64,000 nucleotides of DNA from Auanema rhodensis (Eukaryota > Animalia > Nematoda), in assembly GCA_964057225.1 (NCBI GenBank), contig OZ059896.1:9920001-9984000 (forward strand), read 5' to 3'. Within the stretch, counting starts at the first letter, position 1; every line of letters starts with the position of its first letter. Of this stretch, positions 1 to 13,463 are shown piece by piece. Position numbers and translations under genes: made by a program. A model generated the notes under the pieces. It saw only the letters and a program-made list of their open reading frames with translations, searched no databases and was not told the DNA's origin.

Positions 1-3000
1 CCATAAACGAAAAAAAAATGTTTTAATAGTTTTTTTTGTTTAAAGTGCTACCGTTTCTTTAGAGTAATGATGTTCAAAATGAGAGTGGGTGGCATGATGT
101 AAAAAAAACGAAGAAAGAAAATGACAACGATTTGAATCAAATCAGATATAAAGACATTTCAGATACTAGATTACAAACAAAAAATCCAACTAACCTTTTA
201 TCGTAATCATTGCAAGGTTTTGATTGTCCAATCAATCGAAGAATACTCGAGAATTCAGAAAAAAAAAACAATTTCTGAATTAATATACTAGCTGAACTAG
301 AACCTAAAATAGTTTCATAAATATTGATAAATTATATATAGATTATATGCATATAGGTAGGTATAAGATAATATAAAATCTAATATATTATTTAAAAATA
401 ATTAAATATAATGAAAAGAAAGAGACAGGATGCATGAGGTGCACGAAAGATCATGAGTAAAGAAGTATGAACCCCTGTCCTTGAAAGTATAGACTGAAAG
501 TAATCCATCACACGTGTGCCAACTGTGAAAAGGAGATCCGATATAAGGATACGAATGGGTGTGAGCGCAGCACCTCTGACACACTCCGGAGTTCCACCTC
601 CTTCTTATCTCGACCGATATATAGATAGAGATTGTGAGGTGAGGAAGAGAGAAGAAATAAAATGCACAGCATACGAGAGATATTAGGGACAGAAAGTCAA
701 CAAGATACCATACAATATGAAGAGAGCAAAGGATTGTTAAAGAAAACTAAAATCAAAGACATATCATAGTTATGTGTATGGAGTGAGAGAGTGCGAGAGA
801 AACTGAGACAATGACCACCCTCTATATCCTCAAAAAGAGCTCAAGAGGCTAAACGGCAAGGGCAGATACAAGGAATACAAAGTATAAAATGATGACAGAA
901 GATTGAAAACAAAGATATTTCAATAGGATTACTGATGAACAACATGGCTCAAGATTTCAATCATTTGTTTTATAATTATTGAAAATCGTTGATTATCTAT
1001 GAAAACAACAATATCCTATACAGGAATAGACATCAGAAGTTGGAGATAGCTATATTCATTTGTGGATTTGAAGTAGAAATGATTTTCCTTTAAAAGCAGT
1101 TGACATTGAATGTTATGCAGACTTTACTACTTGGCTGTCCTCTAAGTATTACTATTCAAAAATATTTTAACTATAGATTAATATAAGTTTTTTGGATTAT
1201 GACGTCATGAGTAACATTCAAATTAACTTATGTCAATGAATATAATATAACTAATTGGATTATACAAGTAGTTAAAGTAAATAAAAAAATAATATTCAGT
1301 AAAAAGAGAGAGGTGAATCTTATTCTTTACTTATATTCGGATTTACATTGGAAAAATTGTAACAAGAAATGACCTAAATGAGATTATCTACTAAACAAAT
1401 AGAAAAAAGTATGTATAACCACTTAATCTCATCCTATTAAGTTTTTTACAATAATGATGAGGACAGATAGTAAAGCATTTTTATTCATCTTAATTCTAAT
1501 TTTTATATCCAAGTAATTGGAAGGATATATTTAAAATAATTTCATACGTATTAAATGCTACTGAAAATAGAAAGTAAACAACTGATTGATATTTGGCACT
1601 CTGGTTAGATGATAGATCACTAAATTATATTTTTATGATTATAGATGGTCCTAAAGTTAACGAACAACTGTGTATATGAGATAAGACTATATGACATTCC
1701 ATATTAAATATTATGATTATAAAGATAACTATTCCTACCAAAGTAAAAAGAATGTTCGATTGAAGAATTATTTATGTTAGTTTATAAAAAATAATTTGCT
1801 GTAGTATGTCAATGAATGTAGGTGAATAAAGCAATTTTAAGATTCAATTTTGCTCCTTCTAGCATCGCTCGTACAGTTCTATGCTGGATGCCGTCACTAC
1901 CAGCCCGGCTAATCCGGTACAAGTTGACAGAGTGAACGAACAATTTAATTTATCGCTAAAATGTTCGTTTAAGTTGACAGTTTGAGGAAAACTATGTTTT
2001 TTATGTCATCAAAAAGAAGACTGTGAACATAGGTACTTTAGGAAATCAAATGAGATTTGTGTCAGGTAGAAACAATATTTTCAAATTTTTTTTTTCAACG
2101 AAAAATTAATCAAATAAAATACTAAATTATATGATATGGCTTTAGAATTGTTTTATCTAAATATACAATATGCCTCAATCATTAGAATCTGAATAGAAAC
2201 AGACAGATCAGCAGAAATTAGAGTTATGGGTTTGACCGTTAAACAGTAAGCCATAAACCACACGAAGTGTGAAAAGGCTAGACAAGTGCTAAGGCAATGA
2301 AAAGAGGTGGAGCGAAAGAGAAAGTGATCAACCACGTTGTTCTCCACACTGAATTTTGATAGTCTAGATGAACAGAAGCTATAATACTTATAGATTCATC
2401 TAGCAGGTCATATCTTTTATTTGGAGACAATAAGTTGGCAGATCGTAAAGCCGTCAAACTCTACAGGAGACATCATAGTTAGAAAAGGGACAGATTAAAT
2501 GAGGCTAAGAAGAGGATTGAGAAAAGTATTCGTAGGAGGCAGCTCCTGAAATGACAACAATATGAATGGAATATTGAAACAATCAGATTAGTGATTTTCT
2601 TATTTTTAAATCAGAAAAAAACTTCATAATAAAGAAAAAGAAAAGCATTAGATCAGAACACAAATCTCCAAATGAAATATGTGAGAGAGTTGCCCAACCT
2701 CGATATGACAGACATACGACGGGAACTCAACAAAATCAGCGATCAGTTACGGTAATCGAAGCTGACGATGAGGGTCATCATCACTATATAACATCCGTTA
2801 CGGTTACGATATATGAGTATATGAAGATAAGATTCTCGTTCATATTCTATTAGATATATGGTTTGTCACATTCACAGTTTCTTACATAATATAACGAATT
2901 ACTAATGATAATATTATTGATAAACTATGTGAATGAGGAAAAAAAATAATTTTTTTTTCTCGTCAAATTAAAAGAAAAAGTTGATTTAAAATTTTTGGAA

Positions 3001-6000
3001 AAAATGTATATATTGAAAGACTTGAAAGAGAAAAAAAATGACGAAAGTGAAAAAAGAAAAGAAGATAGAGAGGGAAAAAGAGGAACAGGAGGCACACGTA
3101 CATATGTATGTATATAATAAAAATAGATAAACTGTGTTCATACTGAATACCAGTTTTTTTTCTTTCTAATAAGGCTTTCAAAGCACTTTCTGAAAAGATG
3201 GACAACTTATGATTTCAAGTTTTTCACTAACTCATGATATGAGAAAGAAATTAATGACAAAGAATAGGAATACAAACGAAACGAGAGTAGAAAAAAAGGG
3301 AATATAAAGATTTTAAAAACTTAAAATAAGACAAATTAAGCCAAAGTTTTGTTTCATATAAGTTTCATGTTTGTTTGTTTTTTTTTCAAATATATTTTCA
3401 TTTTCATTTTTGAAATGTACATACAGTGTTATGCAACTTATTCCTCCTATCACAGAACTTCTCTCTTTGATTATATGAATTGAAATGTTTTATATCAAAG
3501 ACTAAGAAGTAACAATAGCGGACCGATGTTACCGTTTAGAGCAAAAACGATTTCGTTGTTCCTATTCTGTTGGTCCGGCAGATTAGCCGAAAAGACCGGT
3601 TGAGACAAAAACAATGTGAAAAGCCATGATTCTAAAAGAGGGAATTCCTTTTGGAAAAATGAAGAGATTACTATGAATTGAAATAAAAGTTCTAAAAGGA
3701 AAAACATTTTTGTTATATGATTTCCGAAAATTAATTGTAATTCAATGTAGGCGTGGAAGCTTTTCTGAGATAAAGCCAAAGTGATTTTCTGATTTTCATA
3801 TTGAAGATGTAGTATATAAACGAATAATACAGTTAATATAACTAAACGGAAACACAATTGACGTAAATATTTTGATTTTGTGTGGAAATCCTTTATAAAA
3901 ATGATTGAACTATGTGATTTAAGATGATGTCAATCTACTATTTGATAACTGATTATAGAAATCTGCAGAAAGCTACATGAAAACAGCTTCTCAGAATGTT
4001 ATCTCATGTACATATATGTATTTTTTTTTGAAAATAATTGATATTTTCTAAGAAAAAATTTAATTGTGAACGACCAAGTAAGTGAATAATGCAAAATTCT
4101 GGTGATCTTTATTGGTCATGAACCAACTTTTGTCAAACTCAACTCAGAGGTGTTTATTCATAATCAAAGACTGTCTATAGCTGTTATAGTACCCTAACCA
4201 TTATAAAGATTTTTTCTTGTGAAATAACTGAAATAATTCATTTATATTTCTTCAATTTAGTTCTGTAAACATCAATTTGAAAAATAACTATTTTGTACTT
4301 TTAAAACTTCTTCCAGTACAAAATTACATCTATTATGAATATAATATATTAAAATATGTTTCAATATACTGTAGTTCAAGAAAATCAAAAAGTAAAGATT
4401 ATTTCGTAGAAAAGATTGAATAGAAAATATTTTTAATTTTATAAATTAATATTTGCAATATTTTAAACTTTCAGACGTAAACCCGATGACGATTGAAGTG
4501 TTACGTAAGATTTCAGAAGTCCAATTGCGCAAAGAAAGGATTTTGATGTGTTCCGTGAAAATACATACATGCATACATGTGTGAATGAATAGAAGAATAG
4601 TCAGAATTTGCAAAAAAAAGTTCTCAAAGTGAAAGAAAATCTTTTATTTTCAATTGGCTAAATGATTCCTTATTTCGAGGTACGAAGAGATGGAGACAAA
4701 CAGGAAGTTATAGCAGGATGATGATTGAAACGACGAATATGAAGAAGATGATCGGTCACTTTGAAGTGACATGGGAAAGAGTTGAAAGACACAGTAAGAA
4801 ACGGTACAGAACAAATGTGGGTATACGAGTTGAGTGTTCTGGATGAAAATGATTAAAATTGGAGTTCGGTAGTGGAGTTTGTGATGACATGAAAGTAAAC
4901 TTGAATTTACTTGAATGAGATCGAGAAATAATTAATGCTGAATTAACAACCAAATAATATTGACGAGATAACAAGGAACTAGATAAAGAATACGAAAACG
5001 TTTACACACAATACCGGTGAGAACGTCTGGAGAGGCTCCGTTACGGCCAGACAGGACAACAGACGAGGTAGAAGGAAGAACTACGTTGACGATGATGATG
5101 GTGATCGTTCTAGGTCACAGCCAGCCGCCTGGTTTCTTCTCAGTGGACATCACCTTCTTCATTTCCAGCAGCAATGCGTCAATTCCTCTTTTTCACATCA
5201 TATCCTTATTCGGATGGACACATTTGATGGGTCATCATCTCTCTAGACATGATGTGCTCTCTATTAGATTCCCAGTAGCACATTGTGAAGTAACGTCCGT
5301 ACGTCCTCATCACTCTTTATATAGTATCTTTAGATTTAAGAGTGAGAATATGAAAATAAATATTTTGATATCCCATCTGATTTCTTAATTAATGGTTGCC
5401 ACTCTTAATCATCTCAATCTTATCATATTATCAAAATAGGTGCAGATTATCTGGAGCATAAATACAAATAATAATAAATAGTGAATTTTTAAATCTGTCT
5501 AGCAACAAGTCTTATACATTTCTAATAGACCTTGAAAGTTGACAGAAACATTGTAGTACCAAAAAAATGAAAAAACGATATCGTAGTTCTTGACTAAAAT
5601 GCCGAATGACCTAATCAGTTTTGTTGGAAAAAAGAGGTGGAAATTGAATAAAATGCTATGTTCTCTTCAAATCTACTAGGTTTTGTCCCGTTTGAAAGGT
5701 TACAATGAATTGACCAATCAGAGAAAAAAAACATCAGCAAGATGGCCAAAAAAAATGTTTCCGTGAGTGAGGTCCTGACATTTGAATGGAATCATTTTCA
5801 ACCTCAACATCACAGTTCTATCTCCAATTTGACACAACAACTCATCAATGTTATCCTGTTTTTCGAATATATTATAGTATATTGAAGGTGTTATAGAAGA
5901 TAAGAAAAGACAACTATAACAAAGTTGTTTTTATTTAGTTCATGTATCATCGCCTTATTTGATATACAAGAGGTTACTGATGAGACAACACACGGAAGGA

Positions 6001-6209
6001 AAGCTACGGGTAGACGAAAGAGAGCAACAACAGTGTTGATATGGTAATCAAGATGAGAACTATCTCCATATCCTATTCTCTTCTTTCATTGTAGCCATTG
6101 AGACCGGCTCATCCATCATGATGGGCATCAGAAAACTGAATAACCGATAACAATCTTTTTCTTAGTGATGTTGCTATAGTAGATATGGTGGGCACAACAT
6201 ACTTGTTGC

Positions 6210-6213
<4 letters not shown>

Positions 6214-6272
<59 letters not shown>
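6214..6272. repeat. (CT)n microsatellite
   Basis: Perfect CT run of about 29 units; source of the spurious ERER ORF 6109..6378. Confidence 0.95.
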
Positions 6273-6275
<3 letters not shown>

Positions 6276-6899
6276 CTCCCTCTCTCTTTTTATTTTCAAC
6301 TCTTTTTCTGTATTTCTGATTACAAACAAACATCTTTATCAAAAACATTTTTTCTTTAGTTTGTTTTGGTTCTCCCAATAAGTAAATTGTCGTAAAACTT
6401 TTTCAACAAAAATGAAAATTTCAACGCATTCTCTTCAACTTAGTCTTCAAAATTTCTTCAATTTTAAAAGGTTCATATCAATTTCTCTAAAAATCAAAGC
6501 ATTAAGATCAAATGTAAAAGACTAAATATACATAAATGAATCATTGAAATACTATTAGATGAATATATGAAGATAGAAGTAATGAAGCCAAACGAATTTG
6601 GTTTCAATTATCATCTAAAATTGCTCCTTGACAACTAAAATTTGACACCTAATGATCACATCTGGCATATATACTAATCTAAATTAGGTATAGATTATGA
6701 GAAATGGGGTAGTACCAATAATAGAAGATAGTTGTAATCTTATATTGCTGATAATATATTAAATGTTAAAAATTATATAATAATAATTTAGTTATTATTT
6801 ATAATTTGTCATAAATATTCGTCTTACATCAACAAGTTACTAATTTTGTGGAAACCTTGACTGTTGATATCATCATATCGTTTACTGTTGATTCTGGAG

Positions 6900-7520
6900 G
6901 TCAGAAACTATTTAAGGATTTCCATATTCAACTGTTATTCATCAGCATCAGCGGGTGAGGAAGAAAGACTTCGCCTTTGATGGCCAGAACAGAAGAAGAC
7001 CGTCTCATCTCAGTTGGGGTGACAGAGAACAAAGGCCTGACCCTAAGTAGCTAGGAGGATTATCCAACCACTCGAGTCATCTCATCATCATTCGTGGTTC
7101 TTCTTCAAAATTTTTGTTAGTGTCCGCTATGGTTTTCTTCAGTACGGGACCAGCCTTCTGACACATATGAACCGTCGGACACAACAGATTAAATTCAGCC
7201 GTACTTGAAGTTGGGATTGAAGATTAGTGCCGATACTCTTTATTTCTACCAGACAGAATTAAGAAGACGGCATTATTGGAGAGATTCATTACCATATTTT
7301 TAAGATATTGGATATAATATCATGACGACAAGTGGTTTTAGCTGTTGAATGATGACGTCTCATTGCTTTCAGATGAAGGACGCCGCTTCAATTATCGGGC
7401 GCACTTCGTCAGAGCATGAGATTCGAGGCTAAATGCCTGACAATAACAGCTTAGGATTAGGTGAATCAGATGTGAAAACCCTTTACAGTAATGTTTGAGA
7501 GGGATATATACATTGAAAGC
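6900..7520 (-). mobile_element. Highly decayed non-LTR (RTE-like) reverse transcriptase remnant
   Basis: Minus-strand translation with frameshifts gives motifs in RT order: NITVKGF..DSPNPKLL (cf. KGVRQGD.ISPKLF), NL.CSDEVRPI (cf. LxFADDIVL), QYLKN (cf. KYLG), SYVSEGWSRT (cf. TYGSETW). Many stops. Boundaries approximate. Confidence 0.5.
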
Positions 7521-10101
7521 TGTCTCTTTGTTTCAAAATATGGGTATGAAACAATAAATGAAATATGATCCAAAAGTTATACTATGAGGTGAATGTCTCG
7601 ATATCTCACCTTAAATGATAACCATCTAGCAGTAACTATAATATTATTATCGTTACGTAAACCATTATTAGACAAAGTTATGCCGCTTTCAGGTCATAAA
7701 ACATCTTCATTCAATATTAATATTCGTGTAAGTTATATATATATATATAATATATACAAACATATCTATATCAAATTATTATATTTATAATAATGAATGA
7801 AAAGGGATTTTAAAAAATTCTTATAATTTGTAATAATTTCATATAAAATCAAAACATAATTAAGAAATATGGTTGCAAGAATATAGAATATTAAGAAGAT
7901 GAAGAATATTAAATGATTATGGAAAGAATTCAATTAACTTAATTTGCAAAAATGATTAAACAGAGATTGAAGATAGAAGAAAAAGAAATCAGTTAGATGT
8001 CAGAAAACTGTAAGTTTCATCAACTAATTGGTTATCCAATTCGATCATATAATTTATATTAACCACTTCTTCGAATAATCATAATTATAATGAAAAATAA
8101 ATAATCTATATAAAAGGAAAAATATAAACGAGAACCATATGTGAACACGTTAAGAAAGAAGATTGTTATAGCTTCTTATAGAATAATAAACATAACTCCT
8201 TTATATACTAATCGTATTCGTTATAATATTTAAATATGTTAATGGAAAAATATAACTTTCAGATGATATTTCTCTCAAATTTGTTAAAAAAAAAATATTT
8301 GTATGAATAATCTTTCGTTTTGTTTGATTAGAAGATTAGTTATATCCTAAATATTTTATCAGACTATATGTATGTATACGTATTTATATAGCTCGCTCGA
8401 TTTAAACCATTTTTCTGTTATATTAAAACATTTTTTTTTGTCAAATTGTTGTTTTTTTCTCTTTGAAATACTAAAATAAATATGTACAAACATATGTATA
8501 TGTTTAGATAATTATATATGATTTTTGAAAGATAATAATCCTTCTTAGAACATAATTATATTTTCTTTCTTTCTTTTAACTTCGGCTGACACCTCATTAA
8601 TGGCATAGAGATTGACAAGCAAGCAAAGAAACAAAAAAAAAGAAGACGAGCTTAAACCTATAATGATACAGGTGGCTGTTCTGAAGAGGTTGTAGGAAGG
8701 GAGCAGGATTTGCAAGAGGTGCTAAATCCTACTTAGATGGTCACAAGGCTCTAGAATCGGCTATCTGACTTCTGTCAAAGAATCTGTAAGCCAAGATCAA
8801 GGCTCTTAACGCTTCAATCAGTATCTTTCCCAATTTGTTATAATCCGTAAATAACACAATACGAACTAGAGGCTGGGGGGACGGAAGAAAAAAGGCGATT
8901 GAAATAACGAAATATTAATTAATTCATATTTTAATTTTATATTAAAAACATAATATAAACTAAATATATGTGTAAAGTCTTTTTAGAATGTATTCGAGAG
9001 AAATTTAGTGATATCAGATAATATTTTTTTTTTCCAAAATCAAACAATAACACAATATACAATGTACATACTTTTGTTTATCAATATGATGGAAATTCAA
9101 AAAAATTTCTATAGTTATATACATTTTGTATTTTTTTAAATCATCGAATTACAAACTTGTATCAAATGATATTGATGAAAATACTCGTAATATGAAATAT
9201 TTTGAAAAATTTAGAAAAAAAAGGAGGTTACTGAAGCAAATGGAAGAAATGTCTGTTCTTTTTTTCAGGAAAAAAAAACATTTGAAACAAAAATATAGTT
9301 AATAACTATATTTTAAATATGTTTAATGATTTATAATCATAAGTAATAAGTAAATACAAATCTTTTTATTTTTATGTTCTCGATTTCTATTACTATTTTT
9401 CTGTCACATCTTCATTGCTAGTCACGGTATAATATTCATCTGACTACTGATTTTCACACGAATAATGAGTACCATATGGTTTAGAAAGACATTAAAAAGC
9501 GTTTTCTGGTTTGAATGAGAAGAGAAATCGAACGTGGATCAACAAAAAAGTTTTTCGTCTGCTTCTACAAAATGAGAAACATGTGTATGATTCAAGAAAA
9601 AAAATGAGAATGACCTATGTGGACGACATGAAGAACATGAAATGATGATACCGAAATGTGCATATGCAACTGATTTTTAATCATTTTCTATCAATTTCAC
9701 ACGTAAATATGATAACAAAGGTTGAAAGAGAAGAGAAAAAGAATAGAGAGTCAATCATGAGAAAATAGCTTGCTGAACTCTTAAAGCTGAATATTGTTGT
9801 ATATACATATGTATGTTTCAATTCTACTAACTGACTCAAATTACTCCGGGAAAGAGGATGAAGTCTACATGACATTCCGGAAAGTGGAACAGCAGCCTGC
9901 AAGTGGAAGAGCAGACGTCAAAATTAAAGTTTTGCCATTCTGTTCTGGTGATACGATAACAGAAATACTGATATCGCTTTTTTTTTCAAAAAACTCTTTT
10001 GTGGAAAAAATATTTAAAAGTTCGAAAATAAATAAAATGTTTTAGATGTGCAATCTGTGAACAATTTTATTAGTTTAGTAGTTTAACCAGGCTGCATGAT
10101 C

Positions 10102-10132
<31 letters not shown>

Positions 10133-10160
10133 AAGAGAAAGAGAGGGAGAAAGAGAGAGA
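10102..10160. repeat. Imperfect (GA)n microsatellite
   Basis: Directly visible GA/GAAA run. Confidence 0.9.
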
Positions 10161-13100
10161 TCAAATCAAATCCATAATAGCTTCAACGTTTGGAAAACAG
10201 CATTCTGGTTAAATAAGAAAAAGAGCATAAGGTCAAATTTGTACATGACAAATGAATGATAAAACTAAAATTGAAAAGAAATCGTCAATCTATGTTTGAT
10301 TAGTTAACTAAACGTTATAATTTTATCAATAAAAACGCATTTTATAAAATAATTATAATGATATTTTATAAAATATGTTAAGTTATAGTTTTACTTTTAT
10401 ATTATTTTAAAAAATTTCTGAAGCTTATTGAAAAATATCTTAAATAAACGAAAATGATGAGCACAGTTGCTCGCGGTAATTTGACAAGCTGACATCATTA
10501 TTATTGCTCGGATGAGCAAGATAGATAGCTAGATTTCATACAGGTCAAGTTTAAACGAAAAAAAAGTTGTGTCATGAGCAAAATTCGAATTGATTGAGCT
10601 TATTGAACAGATAAATTCAATTTTCAACAATAGTTTCTACATGAATATTGAGATTGAATGTTGATACCTTTAAGCACGAGAGCATGTAAGATATGTGAAT
10701 AAGAATAATTAAAAAAACATTATATGAATTATATTATATACTATATACTATATACTAAATATATAATTAATTTACTATATTGACATTATAGGATATTGAA
10801 TAATTAAGATTAGCATTGTGACACCACAAAGCAAGTTGGCGAACAGGCTTCCGTTCCGAGTTGGACATTTACAATGCAGGCGGAACAGTTTTACCGGAAA
10901 ATATGAAAAGAGAAAAAAATAGATAAATGAGAGATTAGAAGAGAAATAAGGATTGCTAAGGTAAAATGGTCAATTAGAGAAAAAAAGATGAGACGATTAA
11001 CAAAGTAAAGATAGAGTTGTCAATAAATAGCCTAGGTAATTGACTCCTGCTGTCCTTCAGATTGTCTGGCGGTTTACTTTGAATGTTTCGTAACCGGCGA
11101 GGTCGATGTACTGGCCTTTCATCGTCGGTCACCACCATTGACGATTTTCAGAATGTTAGAAAACAGCATTTGTTAGTCTTGAGCAGTTTAGCTTGGTTCT
11201 AGATGTTTATACTGTCATCTGACACAACATAGTTCATTTGAAATTACTGTTTTGTTAAAATCAGTTGAGGAACTTGAAAATGAAATATATGAAACAAGAG
11301 AAACTTATCTTGTTCCAGAGGAAATTTGAAGCAGAAAAGGTATTAAGTGTCACCAAGTTTTAAAAGATCAGACCATTGTCTGGACAACTTGAAAATTTTG
11401 GTAAAAGTTTTAAAATTAGACTATCGAGATATGGAACAAAGAATAAAGCCAATTTTCTTATTATATAGTTGTATAAGTTCTCAAGAATAATCTAGTTTTT
11501 GCAATTTAAAAAACAAGAAACGAAACATATGCGTAGGTGAAAAGTAATTTTTTTGGTAAAAAAGCTGAGAGAAAGAAAACCGAAAACGCAAAAAGTTTCG
11601 AAAAATTCGTAAATCCGATGTATTCTCAATCTGAATTTAACAAAACAAAGAATAAAATATCAAAAACACACTTACAATCATTTGAACTTGAATAGTTAAT
11701 TGATAAAAAATTGGGATTATATTATGAAGCAAAGAGAATAATCGAACACATTTCTCGATGAGCTTTGTAACGAAATCCTCGACAAAGATTTTTTTATAAT
11801 CTTTATATTGACAGAATATACTCGGTATAATCGCTAAAAATCTTACATTCAAAGTTAATTATATAACTAATATAAGAATTAATTGAGAATAATTGATAAA
11901 ATAATTGCAGATCCTTTTTAAAAAAGATGATAAAAATCAATTAATAAAACAGAAGAATGAAATCAAAGCAAAGTTTCTTAACAAAAGCAGTTGCTTCTTG
12001 GTTTTCCTTCTGCAAGGATGATGTAAGGAGGGATAAGATGAGATTGAGAGAGAGGAAAAGAAAGAACGATGAACAAGATATATTGAAAGCTTCTAGATCA
12101 ATACACGATAGATAGTGATGGATACCTCCCACATGTTTCACACTGTTCATACCTTTTCTAGAATGAATTCCTTTGTATTTTTTCAATTTCAATTCTTTGT
12201 TAGTTTATTACTAATGTATTATCATAAAAATCTATTTCTAAGAAGCTTCGGAATAAAGATCATGTAAAAACTCTGTTTTTTTCAAGTCTGCTTATAGCTG
12301 ATCTTCATTGTTTTGAATATTTATTATAAAATGTATACTATATATAGTATTTACAAAGTTAAATAATAATATTTAAATGATGATGTTGTACTTCATTAAT
12401 AATAATTTTTTCTTTTTCTTTTCAAATTATTTTAAACTTTTCTCGTATTTATATATTTATAACTTTACATTATACTTATTTTATTAAGTATTTTTCAATT
12501 TTAATATTATTATTAAATAAATATTTTAAATTTTATATGTTATTATATATCTAGTTTTCTTATACATTTTGTTTTCTTAACAATTTATTTCTAGAGAGAT
12601 TTGATAAACTTTTTTTTTCTCAAATATCAATATAATACATAAGTTAAATGTGTATCTTATTACCGTAAAAGCTTAATATTGCAAAACATAAGTGAAGGAA
12701 AAAAAAAGTTTTTCTCATACAATTTTCTTGTTATAAAAGTTTAAAACAAAAAAACAAATTACGTAAAACTCTTCATACTAAATAATATATGAACAAAAAA
12801 AAATATCACTGGAATGTAATCAAGCTAAAAATCAAAAATAAAATACAAAATGATTCTATATTGTGAAAGTTCTTGGAACATAAACTACTAAAGATATAAA
12901 GAATATTGGTTCAAAGTGTTATGAGTATTGCATAATCACCCAATTCCTTTTTTTTCTATTTTCTTCTAAAACAAATTACATTTTGTAATTATTTTAGTAT
13001 CAAATGAATATTATAATAATACAAAATGTAATAAAAAAAATACAAATTAATGACAAATTGAAGATAAACATTCAATCAAAATTCAGCTCGTGTTTCTGAT

Positions 13101-13463
13101 AAAGTGTATAAACTGGTTATGATACTTGTGAGTTTCGGAAGACATATGTATGTATGTATGTGTACAATATCCAAAATAATAATAAAATGAATGAATAACC
13201 ATACATCTCATTATCTACCTGATTAAGTGTTGTTTTCAAATTTCATACGGACATGTATTATAAAAGTTTTCGAAATAAAATGATAAAATCAGTTTCAACA
13301 AGATAAGCGTATGAGTTCTTGTTGATATCGGCAACATATTTAGATTAAAAGATATTTTCTTTTTTCTCCTGTTTGGGCATTCAGTTTCTATTTTGGTGAG
13401 CTGAATACAATCTGATGTAAGAGAAAGAGTTCAGCTGGTTCATGTTGAAAGTCCTTTACACTC

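Noticed and set aside
1592-1612. TTTGGCACT miR-791/96-like seed (also TTATTGCTCG at 10501)
   Set aside because: Short seed matches with no complementary arm.
5017-5388. 123-aa plus-strand ORF in a GC-richer patch
   Set aside because: Non-ATG start, no motif, no splice partner found; more likely regulatory DNA.
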